From Spirochaetia bacterium (lineage in GTDB: Bacteria > Spirochaetota > Spirochaetia > DSM-27196 > Salinispiraceae), in assembly GCA_038204425.1 (NCBI GenBank), contig JBBRCZ010000001.1:1-64000 (forward strand): a stretch of DNA of 64,000 bases. The letters run 5' to 3'. Positions within the stretch are counted from its first letter, which is position 1. Each line of letters begins with the position of its first letter. The notes under the pieces were generated by a model, which worked only from the letters and a program-made list of their open reading frames with translations, did not search any database and was not told the DNA's origin. Shown one piece after another: positions 46,394 through 55,494 of the stretch. The position numbers and the translations under genes are program-made.

Positions 46394-48351
46394 CAAGTTT
46401 TTCGCGTTCGGCGGGTATACTGCTATTGACCTTGCTTTTAGTTATGTCCGCGTTTTTTGTAAACCTTGTACTTTTGGATTGGAGATTGACCGAGATCAAT
46501 CCAAACTTGGCATCCATGTCTGCCCAAAAAAGAGATGATATTTCGTTTTCTTTGCTTGGAAAAATGGAGTTGATCCGCCTAAGAAGTGAAAATGGCAACG
46601 AATCAGAAGGTGATGGTATTCTTGAAGCTCGGCTGGAGACACTTGGCGCCAACGATGCATTTGTACTAAATGAGGCAAAGTCACCTAGTTCAAAAGGGCG
46701 TTTCGAGTTTGCCGAGCCCGTTGTGCGGGTGTTTATCAACACGCTAAGAACCATCATTGGCAAAAAAGAACTGCCAAAAACTCAAAAGGAAGATCCGCGT
46801 TTAATAAACCTTCAGCAAGCTTACTTGTGGGAGCGCGCCCGCAAATATCCGATGGCAATAAGAATCTACCAAAAAATAAATATGGAAAGCAAGATCGCTC
46901 CGTCAATGCGAGCTAGTCTCTTAATTCATCTTGGTTATTGTTTGGCGCTCAACGGTCAAAAGCCGGAGGCGAGAAATATCCTAAACCAAGTTGTAGAAGG
47001 CGTGTTTTCAGAAGATTCTAAGCTCTTGGCAAGGGAAATGTTAGGGTATTTGGACTACTTTGAAGAAAAGCTGGTCGAGGCTGCCATCAAGAAAGATCCA
47101 CTTGCTAGAGCGCGCAACGAGTTTTTCTTGGGGGAATACGCAAGAGCCGTGGCTTCATTTACCGATTTTCTGAAAAAACCAGAAGCGGGCTATGTGCAAG
47201 AAGCATATTTCTATCTCGCCCGATCCGTTGAAGAGACAGGACAAATTGAGCAAGCAGAAACCTACTATCGACGAGTAATTTTTATTGAACAAGCCAGTGA
47301 GTGGACCACAAAGGCATGGCAACGCTTGTTTTTCTTGGGTGGCATCTACGCCAAAAAGCCCGAATTGGTAGACGAGGCCCGAAGTCAGTTGGAATCGGTT
47401 GGGCAGGCATATTGGATTAACGCGGTATCTGGATCGGTCAAAGTCGTTGCAGCACAGCCCGACTTGGCTACAAGAATAGAAGAGCTTTCAAGTCGCGGAC
47501 CTGATCTCGGTCTAGATAAGGCAGTTTTGGATGGCCAAAATGATCAGAATGGTCATTCTGTCTTTGCATCCAAAACAAATGAAGAAATTCTAAGCCAAGA
47601 GTCTCAGGTCTTAGTGACCAGCCAGTCAGGGTCGGCTGTATTGAGGATGGATGGTCAACTAATGGGATACACACCAGTTTTTGTTAAAGTCGAGCCCGGC
47701 AAAACGTATGTCTTTAGTTTAGAATCTGCGCGGGGATTCGTGGTACGTAAATGGACAGCTCCAAATAAGCAGGACTTTCTAGAACGGCTTATGATCGACC
47801 TTCCGCGACAGCGGTCAGTGCCAAGCAGCACAAGCAGCACAAGCAGCACAAGCAGCACAAGCAGCACAAGCAGCACAAGCAGCACAAGCAGCACAAGCAG
47901 CACAAGCAGCACAATAAGGCCACGCACGTCAACTACAAGTACTACGATAATTGTGCCTACATCAACGACCAGTACCTCTTCCACTTCTTCCACTTCGACG
48001 ACTACGACTACTGTGGGTGTTTCCAGCTTGTTTGAGAGTTTGAATAACAACGGTGGTTCCAATGGCACACCGACGGTTCCCAAGCCATTATCGGGCAACG
48101 ATCTACCAGCGATAATCTCATTTGCGATTGGTGGAGTTTCCATGGCAGTGTTGGGAATCTCTGCAGGAATTGGTGCTGGCTATTATAGCGACTATCAAGC
48201 GGCCGTTTCGGCAACGGAAATTACCAGACTGCGTGATTTGCTGCAAACACATGAAGCGATAAACGTTATTTCAGGAATTATTGGTGGTTTGGGGCTCGCG
48301 GGTGGTCTAGTTTTCGTTTTGATTCCAGATCAAAATGAAGCTCCGCCCTGA
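46390..48351 (+). CDS. Membrane-anchored TPR + PEGA-like protein with Ser/Thr stalk
   Basis: N-terminal hydrophobic helix, TPR-like helices, DGQLMGYTP PEGA-like motif, (SST)n, two C-terminal TM segments. Confidence 0.75.
   Translation: MTSFSRSAGILLLTLLLVMSAFFVNLVLLDWRLTEINPNLASMSAQKRDDISFSLLGKMELIRLRSENGNESEGDGILEARLETLGANDAFVLNEAKSPSSKGRFEFAEPVVRVFINTLRTIIGKKELPKTQKEDPRLINLQQAYLWERARKYPMAIRIYQKINMESKIAPSMRASLLIHLGYCLALNGQKPEARNILNQVVEGVFSEDSKLLAREMLGYLDYFEEKLVEAAIKKDPLARARNEFFLGEYARAVASFTDFLKKPEAGYVQEAYFYLARSVEETGQIEQAETYYRRVIFIEQASEWTTKAWQRLFFLGGIYAKKPELVDEARSQLESVGQAYWINAVSGSVKVVAAQPDLATRIEELSSRGPDLGLDKAVLDGQNDQNGHSVFASKTNEEILSQESQVLVTSQSGSAVLRMDGQLMGYTPVFVKVEPGKTYVFSLESARGFVVRKWTAPNKQDFLERLMIDLPRQRSVPSSTSSTSSTSSTSSTSSTSSTSSTSSTSSTIRPRTSTTSTTIIVPTSTTSTSSTSSTSTTTTTVGVSSLFESLNNNGGSNGTPTVPKPLSGNDLPAIISFAIGGVSMAVLGISAGIGAGYYSDYQAAVSATEITRLRDLLQTHEAINVISGIIGGLGLAGGLVFVLIPDQNEAPP
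47824..47913 (+). repeat. 10 x 9-bp perfect tandem repeat AGCAGCACA (SST)
   Basis: Directly visible. Confidence 0.95.
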
Positions 48352-48426
48352 ATAAGTAGAGCAGTTTTCAGAATCATAGACAAGCAGGAGTAGAGGGTTC
48401 CTATTTTTGCCGATCGGAGTATTTTG

Positions 48427-49485
48427 GTGCCAAACCCCCATGTTTTCCAAAGTCAACATGCAATCATAGCTGCCGATTCGCGTTCTCTCAAGGTTTTGGC
48501 CGATCAAAGTATTGATTTAGTTGTTACTTCTCCCCCTTATCCGATGATCGCTATGTGGGACAGTTTGTTCTCTGGATTTGACGCTGAGGTCAAAAAAGCA
48601 TTTGAATCACAAGACGGAATCTTAGCTTTTGAATTGAGTCACCTGCAACTTGATAGAGTTTGGCAAGAACTTTGGCGGGTTGTCAAAGAAGGTTCTTTGG
48701 TCTGCATCAATATTGGTGATGCGACCCGCAGTATAGCCGGCCAGTTTTCGCTTTTCCCCAACCAGGCTCGGATAACTATGGCAATGCAAAAAATTGGATT
48801 TTCTGTTTTGCCTAGCATAATTTGGAAAAAACCCACCAATAGTCCTAACAAGTTCATGGGTTCAGGTATGTTGGCAGCTTGCGCTTATGTGACACTAGAA
48901 CATGAGTACATACTGATATTTAGAAAAGGCGGCAAACGAGAATTTGGTTTAGGACAAGAAAGTTTGAATCGCCAGCGCAGTTCGTTCTTTTGGGAAGAGC
49001 GCAACGTTTGGTTTTCTGATCAATGGGAACTAAAGGGTCTTAGGCAAAAGTTGCCGCAAAACGCAACGCGAGAACGCAGCGCAGCCTACGTTCTTGAGCT
49101 TCCTTGGCGGCTAATCCAAATGTATTCTTGCTACACAGACACCGTGCTCGATCCCTTTGCAGGAACGGGTACCACTTCACTTGCAGCAGCAGTTAGTGCA
49201 AGAAATAGTATTGCCATAGAATATGAACAAGAGCTTTTGGTAACCATAATGGAGACTCTTAGAATGGCTCCGTCTTGTTCACAAGAACTGACAAAAAGAA
49301 GACTGCAGGACCACATAGATTATATCAAAAAACGCCAAGAAGCAGGGCTTGTGCCTAAGTATTTTAACGATCTACACAAAGTGTCGGTTGCAACCCGACA
49401 AGAAAGCCGGCTTGTTCTAACTGCTGTAAACCAAATCACTGAACGTCAAGACGGCGTTTTTGAAATGCGGCACACAAGCATATGA
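48427..49485 (+). CDS. Site-specific DNA methyltransferase (N4/N6, beta class)
   Basis: VTSPPY catalytic motif before the VLDPFAGTGTT SAM motif. Confidence 0.9.
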   Translation: MPNPHVFQSQHAIIAADSRSLKVLADQSIDLVVTSPPYPMIAMWDSLFSGFDAEVKKAFESQDGILAFELSHLQLDRVWQELWRVVKEGSLVCINIGDATRSIAGQFSLFPNQARITMAMQKIGFSVLPSIIWKKPTNSPNKFMGSGMLAACAYVTLEHEYILIFRKGGKREFGLGQESLNRQRSSFFWEERNVWFSDQWELKGLRQKLPQNATRERSAAYVLELPWRLIQMYSCYTDTVLDPFAGTGTTSLAAAVSARNSIAIEYEQELLVTIMETLRMAPSCSQELTKRRLQDHIDYIKKRQEAGLVPKYFNDLHKVSVATRQESRLVLTAVNQITERQDGVFEMRHTSI

Positions 49486-49488
49486 TTT

Positions 49489-49989
49489 TTAAACTCCGGA
49501 TAGTAACTTTTCTATAGGTAAAGCTAATCTACGAGGCTCCACTCCCGGTGCAAAGCGACTGAGCACTTTACCAGTCGGACTTACTAAAAATTTCGTAAAG
49601 TTCCACTTTATTGAGTCGCCCAGGATCCCGCCTGCCGATTGACGTAGGTAAATATAGAGCGCATGCGACCTTGGCCCATTAACGTCAATTTTGGAAAAGA
49701 CAGGAAATGTAACTTTGAAATTTTTGCTGCAAAAATCAAGAATCTGAGCGTCTGTTCCTGGTTCTTGGTGGCCAAATTGGTCGCAAGGAAAGGCCAAGAT
49801 TTCCAAACCACGCGGTGCATATTTTTGATAGAGATCTTCCAGTCCAGTGTATTGTGGTGTAAAACCGCAGCGACTTGCAGTGTTAACTATCAATAGTACT
49901 TTTCCGCGATACTCGCCGATATTCTGCTCTTTGCCATCAATGCGCACCGCGCTGTAGCTATAGATCTTTTCGTCAATTTCCGATTGCAC
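49489..49989 (-). CDS. Glutathione peroxidase (Cys type)
   Basis: NTASRCGFTPQY, FPCDQFG, WNFTKFL; GTG start after GGAGG. Confidence 0.93.
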   Translation of the reverse strand: MQSEIDEKIYSYSAVRIDGKEQNIGEYRGKVLLIVNTASRCGFTPQYTGLEDLYQKYAPRGLEILAFPCDQFGHQEPGTDAQILDFCSKNFKVTFPVFSKIDVNGPRSHALYIYLRQSAGGILGDSIKWNFTKFLVSPTGKVLSRFAPGVEPRRLALPIEKLLSGV

Positions 49990-50047
49990 CACTAAGCCTC
50001 CAGCTCTGGTTAAAATCTCCAAAAATAAAAACTAAGTCAAGTTTCTT

Positions 50048-51634
50048 TTAAAAAATCATTACCGGAGAAAGCAGGTAAACCATTATACCAAGAACGAATA
50101 CGTAAGCCAAACAAAAAAGCAAGGTTTGTCTAAGTATGGCACCTTCTTGGCCAGTTAGACCAGTAGAACTAGTCGCCACTGCAATTGATTGCGGACTAAT
50201 CATTTTGCCTGCCGTGGCGCCAGCAGTGTTGGCTGCAGCAAGCCAGTATGGATCGGCCCCAATCCTTCCAGCGACCTCAGTTTGAAGTTTACCAAAAAGG
50301 ATATTGGAGCTTGTGTCACTTCCCGTCACAAAGGTGCCCAGTGTACCGATTAGGCCGGCAATCAATGGATAAACGGGGCCAGCGACCAAAACCAGAAACT
50401 GTGCCAGCGTCGCTATCATACCAGAGTAGCCCATGATTTTGGCCATAGCCAGAATAGAAACCACGGTTATAGCCGAGTGCCGCAGCTTCCAACAAGTTTG
50501 GAAGAATATGCGCACCGTGTTGCCAATTTTTTGTTTTTGAATCAAAGATGCTGCAATTGCAGCAATAATGATGAGAACACCAGGTGTGTTTAGCCACTTA
50601 AAACTGACAGCTTTGCCCTGCTCGCCCCCAACAAACACAAAGGAACTTTGTACCGATGCCATAGCATGGTGCAAGCCGGATATTAGCGGGCTGCTAACAA
50701 GTATCAGTGTACAGATCAGAAGGTAGGGCAGCCATGCCAAGAAACCAGTCTTAAAGCTTATTTTATTTGCTAGTTCGACTGGAGATTCAGTGACTGTGGC
50801 CGGTGCTTGTTTTTGGCGTCGACGTGACAGCAGTATAGTTACTATCAGGCTCGAAATACTGCCAAGTAGTGCTGGAAGTTCGGCACCCAGAAATGCCGCC
50901 GCCAAGAGCTGTGGAACTGCGAAGGCCAAACCCGAAGCAAACGTAATGCCCCACACGCCTTTTAACGCGGCAAATCCATGACTTTGGCGAGTTTGGCCAG
51001 GTTTTTTGCGGTCGGCCACGGTTAGGCCGGTCATCATGACCAGCGCAAACGGAATTAGGATTATAAATGGGCTAAGTTGAATGCCGACTGCTAGGCTTAG
51101 TGTTTCTACGCGCAGTCCAGTAATCTGCGCTAAGGTACTCACTGGTATACCTACCGCACCAAAGGCGGTTGGCACGGTATTGGCTATCAAACTAAGTACG
51201 GCGGCAAAAAGCGGGTTAAAACCTAATGCAGCAAGTATACTTGCGGGAATTGCTACTGCAGTACCATAACCCGCTACAGATTCCAGAAATCCACCAAAGC
51301 CCCATGCCAAAATCAGAACTTGAATACGTCGATCTGACGAAATAGCAGTTAACATTTCTTTAATTACGTTGAGGCTGCCACTGGCTACGGCAAGGTTGTA
51401 AGTAAAGATCGCCGCAACAATTACCAGCATAATTGGCCACAATGCGATTGCCCCGCCTTCGGCTGCCGCGGCAAGTAGATCAACTATATTCATTTGAAAG
51501 ACAAAAAATGCTATTAAGGCACTACTCAACAATACTAATGGACTTGCAATATGAGCTGGCCACTTAAACGCTCCAAGGGCAATTAGTAAAAAAACTATCG
51601 GAACGAGAGTACTTATAATCAAAAGTGGATCCAT
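50048..51634 (-). CDS. lctP: L-lactate permease
   Basis: FLESVAGYGT, NTVPTAFGAVG, GSDTSSNILFG, GKMISPQSI. Confidence 0.93.
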   Translation of the reverse strand: MDPLLIISTLVPIVFLLIALGAFKWPAHIASPLVLLSSALIAFFVFQMNIVDLLAAAAEGGAIALWPIMLVIVAAIFTYNLAVASGSLNVIKEMLTAISSDRRIQVLILAWGFGGFLESVAGYGTAVAIPASILAALGFNPLFAAVLSLIANTVPTAFGAVGIPVSTLAQITGLRVETLSLAVGIQLSPFIILIPFALVMMTGLTVADRKKPGQTRQSHGFAALKGVWGITFASGLAFAVPQLLAAAFLGAELPALLGSISSLIVTILLSRRRQKQAPATVTESPVELANKISFKTGFLAWLPYLLICTLILVSSPLISGLHHAMASVQSSFVFVGGEQGKAVSFKWLNTPGVLIIIAAIAASLIQKQKIGNTVRIFFQTCWKLRHSAITVVSILAMAKIMGYSGMIATLAQFLVLVAGPVYPLIAGLIGTLGTFVTGSDTSSNILFGKLQTEVAGRIGADPYWLAAANTAGATAGKMISPQSIAVATSSTGLTGQEGAILRQTLLFCLAYVFVLGIMVYLLSPVMIF

Positions 51635-51681
51635 CTTATCAACCTTTTTTAAACGGTAGTTGGTTTAGGTAACGTGGATTC

Positions 51682-51720
51682 ATCATGTAGATTGCTTTTG
51701 CAACCGTCAAGTTGCAAAAG
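51682..51720 (-). promoter_or_regulatory. Lactate permease promoter with a palindrome around the -35
   Basis: Minus strand CTTTTGCAAC-TTGACG-GTTGCAAAAG; TTGACG-17-CATGAT. Confidence 0.65.
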
Positions 51721-51768
51721 ACTCATAATTCTCAAACTAGATGACTTATGTCAGGTTCTAGTCAAACT

Positions 51769-52404
51769 TTATTGATCGTCGGTCAAAGACTCAAGTTCTT
51801 CAAGGTGGTGATCATCAAGTTCTGTATCACAAGAGTTGTCCACTGAGGGTATTTCTAGTTCGTCAAAATTAAGGTCGTCGGGAACATCAATCACATCGTC
51901 TTCGATCTCGGCTCTAAATGCTTCTTCAAATTCTTCGTCAAATTCTATCTCGCCTTCCGATTGCCATAATTCCAATGCTTCATCGGAATAGCGGTCCATA
52001 GCCAAGTACCAAGAGTCCTGATCCAGCTCTATGGTTTGATGCAAGGCGTCTAAAACGTGTCTCGGAATCCGGTTTTGTTCGGCCAGCCAACTATAAAAAT
52101 CCACAATACTTGCTATCATTGACTTTTGATCCTCTGTGCCCGTCCACATCGCCTTATGGACCAAAAAATCGCCAATAAACTCGCTTACAACCGATGGCTC
52201 AGCACCGTAGTCAATATTCAGAGGCGCCTTTTTGGCAACGAAGTGTTCAAAGTAGAAGTCTAAATTGTTGTGGTGTTCTTCAATTTGTTCGCTAACTAGA
52301 CCGTCATCTGTGAGATGTCCCGTAAAAAGTTTGACAAACTGCTCAAAGTTGGGTGGGGGCGCTTGGTCTGTTGAATAGTTAAAAAGAGTATTCTCTTGGT
52401 CCAT
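51769..52404 (-). CDS. Acidic hypothetical protein resembling a stand-alone integrase N-terminal SAM-like domain
   Basis: GLVSEQIEEHHNNLDFY..FIGDFLVHKAMW..ASIVDFYSWL; D/E-rich tail. Confidence 0.6.
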   Translation of the reverse strand: MDQENTLFNYSTDQAPPPNFEQFVKLFTGHLTDDGLVSEQIEEHHNNLDFYFEHFVAKKAPLNIDYGAEPSVVSEFIGDFLVHKAMWTGTEDQKSMIASIVDFYSWLAEQNRIPRHVLDALHQTIELDQDSWYLAMDRYSDEALELWQSEGEIEFDEEFEEAFRAEIEDDVIDVPDDLNFDELEIPSVDNSCDTELDDHHLEELESLTDDQ

Positions 52405-52575
52405 ACTTGTATCTTCCACAAGTCAACCATAACCCCAAGCGCATCTTCCAGCAAGTATGGACCGTTAGTCGGTTTGCTTCAAATCGCTGTAAAACACTTT
52501 TTTGACACTATTTTCTTGAAAAATAGCCTGCGGAGAGCTAAACTTATTCCAATGATATTCTCAATGGAGGGAATT

Positions 52576-53502
52576 ATGAAGAAGATTACGTTTGTAAAGT
52601 TTGGATTGGCACTGCTTATTGCGGCTGCCTTAAGCAGTTGTTCATTGTTAAGTGTGGCAGGTACTGTCATTGATGCCAAGGCCGCAGCAGGTAGCCTTGG
52701 CACCCTTGATGGAGCTACAGTAACTTTAACTGGAGACAAGGGTATTTTTACTGGTAACGTCGTCAGTGGTAGCTACATTATTGATTTAGTACCAGATGGT
52801 ACTTACACCATCAATGTGACCAAGTCTGGCTACGCCTTTTTGCCAGAGACCTTTACCGTTTCGGGTTTGTTTGTGACAGCGCCTGACGTTATTGGGTTTC
52901 CTGCGCCATCCGTTAATTCAGTCTTGGTATTGTTGAAGTGGGAAAACAAGTCCAGAGACCTTGACTTGCATGCAGTTGCCGGTGCCGACAACGATTGGAC
53001 CACCCTCGACGGTAACGACAATGTCAAACATGTTTACTATGGCAACACGTCGTACGCAACCAACGGCTATGATCTTACTCTAGATAGAGATATTACTGAG
53101 GGCAATATCGCAGCAAATATTCCATTGGAAACTATTAGTATTTCTGACAGCGCTGCAGCAACAACACCAGAAGAAGTCCGTTTCTATGTACATAGTTATA
53201 GTACAACTAATGGGCTTACTGGAGGAATCAATGGTGGCACAACAACGGTTTCTGCAAAAGCCAAAGTTTATGCAATTCAATATGAACCTGCCAAGTCTGG
53301 AACTAAAGAAACGGTGCTGGGCATTTGGACACTTCCAACAGATACCTTGGAAACTTCACTGAGAGTATTTAAATTGACTCTTGATGAAGTTAGCGGACTG
53401 GTATTTGACAATTTAGTAACCGACACAGTCAACCTCGGTGCTGGTGTAGTTGTTAGGTCTGGAACTAATGGTGTTATAGGCATTCCTTCACAGATCAAGT
53501 AA
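52576..53502 (+). CDS. Lipoprotein with carboxypeptidase-regulatory-like domain
   Basis: GGAGG SD, lipobox LSSC, VPDGTYTINVTKSGY, W..DLDLH. Confidence 0.8.
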   Translation: MKKITFVKFGLALLIAAALSSCSLLSVAGTVIDAKAAAGSLGTLDGATVTLTGDKGIFTGNVVSGSYIIDLVPDGTYTINVTKSGYAFLPETFTVSGLFVTAPDVIGFPAPSVNSVLVLLKWENKSRDLDLHAVAGADNDWTTLDGNDNVKHVYYGNTSYATNGYDLTLDRDITEGNIAANIPLETISISDSAAATTPEEVRFYVHSYSTTNGLTGGINGGTTTVSAKAKVYAIQYEPAKSGTKETVLGIWTLPTDTLETSLRVFKLTLDEVSGLVFDNLVTDTVNLGAGVVVRSGTNGVIGIPSQIK

Positions 53503-53529
53503 TTTTTTAGAACTAAGAGTTGTTATAAT

Positions 53530-53558
53530 AATGGGAGGCACTAGGTCTCCCATTTTTT
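53530..53558 (+). terminator. Intrinsic terminator, preceded by a TGnTATAAT box
   Basis: AATGGGAGGC-ACTAG-GTCTCCCATT + T run. Confidence 0.7.
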
Positions 53559-53575
53559 CGTAAGGAGTTAGATAG

Positions 53576-54673
53576 ATGATAAAAAAGACATTGATTTTTT
53601 TGGCAGTGCTGTTGTTGGCGGCTGTGTCAGTCTTTGCGCAGCGTTCCGGTCGTCTCAGCACTGAGGCACAGAATTACACCTTAACCGTGGTTGTTAATGG
53701 TGCGCCTAATTTTCAGATATTTGTAAACAACAATGCTATCAAAGGCAATGCGCTACAATTGCCCGCCGGTAGCCACACGGTACGAGTCCAAGCAAACGGC
53801 TTTCAAGTGTGGCAGACAACGGTCAACTTGACTTCAAACCAGCAAATTAGAGCAGATTTGGTACCCTTAACTTTTGCACTTAGCTTTAATATCAGGGGCA
53901 GCAAAAGTTTTCAAATTGCCGTCAATGGTAACACTATCAAAGGCAACTCGATACAATTGTCGGCTGGCAATCACAACGTAGAGGTGAGTGCCAATGGTTA
54001 TCAGACTTACCAGACAACGGTTAACCTAAGTGGAAACCAAACTATCACGGTTGATTTGATTCAGAACAACTATACTTTGTCCATCAATGTTAGCGGTAGC
54101 AAGGACTATCAGATTTCGGTCAACGGTAGTTCGATCAAGGGTAATTCTGTAAGTTTGCCACCTGGCACTCATACGGTTCAAGTTAGTGCCAATGGTTTTC
54201 AGACCTATCAAACCAGCGTTAACCTTTCCTCTTCGCAGTCTTTAAACGTTCAGTTGGTATCACTAACTTATTCACTGGCAATAAATGTTAGCGGCAGCAA
54301 ATCTTTCCAGATTAGTGTCAACGGTTCGCTAATATCTGGCAACACGATTCAACTTCCTGCTGGTAGCCATACGGTGCAGGTTACTGCCAACGGCTTTCAA
54401 ACTTACCAGACTAGCATTAATTTAAGTTCCTCGCAGGTAGTCAATGTACAATTGGTGGCACTTACCGGAACTCTAAGGGTCAACCTTCCTCGAAATGCCA
54501 GCCTTAAGATCAATGGAAGGCAATCAAAAGATAGCACCGTTAGTCTGCCAGAAGGCCAGTATACGATCGAAGTAGAACTTGCCTCGTTAAAAACACAAAC
54601 ACAAGTACAGATTGTCGCAGGTCAGACAATCGAACTTAACGTTGGTTTGTCTCTATTAACCGTAAACAACTAA
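53576..54673 (+). CDS. Secreted PEGA-repeat protein (4 close ~66-aa repeats + 1 divergent)
   Basis: Signal peptide ending SVFA; repeated ..VNG..IKGN..QLPAGSHTV.V.ANGFQTYQT.VNL. Confidence 0.85.
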   Translation: MIKKTLIFLAVLLLAAVSVFAQRSGRLSTEAQNYTLTVVVNGAPNFQIFVNNNAIKGNALQLPAGSHTVRVQANGFQVWQTTVNLTSNQQIRADLVPLTFALSFNIRGSKSFQIAVNGNTIKGNSIQLSAGNHNVEVSANGYQTYQTTVNLSGNQTITVDLIQNNYTLSINVSGSKDYQISVNGSSIKGNSVSLPPGTHTVQVSANGFQTYQTSVNLSSSQSLNVQLVSLTYSLAINVSGSKSFQISVNGSLISGNTIQLPAGSHTVQVTANGFQTYQTSINLSSSQVVNVQLVALTGTLRVNLPRNASLKINGRQSKDSTVSLPEGQYTIEVELASLKTQTQVQIVAGQTIELNVGLSLLTVNN

Positions 54674-54705
54674 CTCTTTGTCGATCGTACTAATTTTATG
54701 CTTTG

Positions 54706-54734
54706 AGACCCCAGATTTTCTGGGGTCTTTTTTT
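54706..54734 (+). terminator. Intrinsic terminator
   Basis: AGACCCCAGA-TTT-TCTGGGGTCT + T run. Confidence 0.85.
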
Positions 54735-54846
54735 GTATTTGGCTTGGAATGCAAGACAAAAGTAAGATAATTTGGTTTAGTGAACAGAGTCGGCAACGTA
54801 TGCGCAGTCGAGGTGTCTTTAAGGTAACGAACAAAAGAGGATTACC

Positions 54847-55407
54847 ATGAACAAGATCAACAAATCAGCTTATTTGGTTCTGGCAGATGGATTTGAGGAA
54901 ATCGAGGCCATAACGGTGATAGACTTTCTGCGTCGTGGTGGCATTGAAGTACTAGTGCTCGGAGTAAATAAAGCCAGATTAAAGGGCAGCCATGGCATTG
55001 TAGTGGAGGCTGATTGGGCGCTCGCTGGCGATGAATCCTTGTGTGATGCACTGGTACTGCCTGGTGGTTCACCTGGTTCAGAAAATTTAGCCGCATCGCA
55101 AGAACTGGGAAAGCTCTTGGATGCGCACTTTAAAAATGATCGTCTTATTGCCGCTATCTGTGCCGCTCCGAGTTTGGTTTTGGGTCCGTGTGGCATTTTA
55201 AGAGATAGGCGTTATACCTGCTTCCCAGACAAGGAAGACGCAAGTAGTCAAGGCATCTATACGGCAAATAGAGTAGAAGTCGACGGAAGGCTGATTACTT
55301 CAAAGGCTGTAGGTACTTCGGCTGAGTTTAGCTTAGCAATTATTGAAGCCTTACTTGGTAGTGAAGCTGCAAAGCAACTAGAAGAACGAACTTTTGTAAT
55401 CCGATAG
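54847..55407 (+). CDS. DJ-1/PfpI (YajL/ThiJ) family protein
   Basis: ADGFEEIEA, LPGG, AAICAAP. Confidence 0.93.
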   Translation: MNKINKSAYLVLADGFEEIEAITVIDFLRRGGIEVLVLGVNKARLKGSHGIVVEADWALAGDESLCDALVLPGGSPGSENLAASQELGKLLDAHFKNDRLIAAICAAPSLVLGPCGILRDRRYTCFPDKEDASSQGIYTANRVEVDGRLITSKAVGTSAEFSLAIIEALLGSEAAKQLEERTFVIR

Positions 55408-55494
55408 TCACTCTAGTGCAATCAAAACCTATTGGCGTGTTGTTATTGTGCTGTGGACCAACAAAGATCGCTATTACACAGTCGCTGCACGCAG

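Noticed and set aside
47655..48143. Antisense 162-aa ORF with (VLL)n
   Set aside because: Mirror of the SST tandem repeat.
49489..49989. Selenocysteine glutathione peroxidase
   Set aside because: The active-site codon is Cys; no in-frame TGA.
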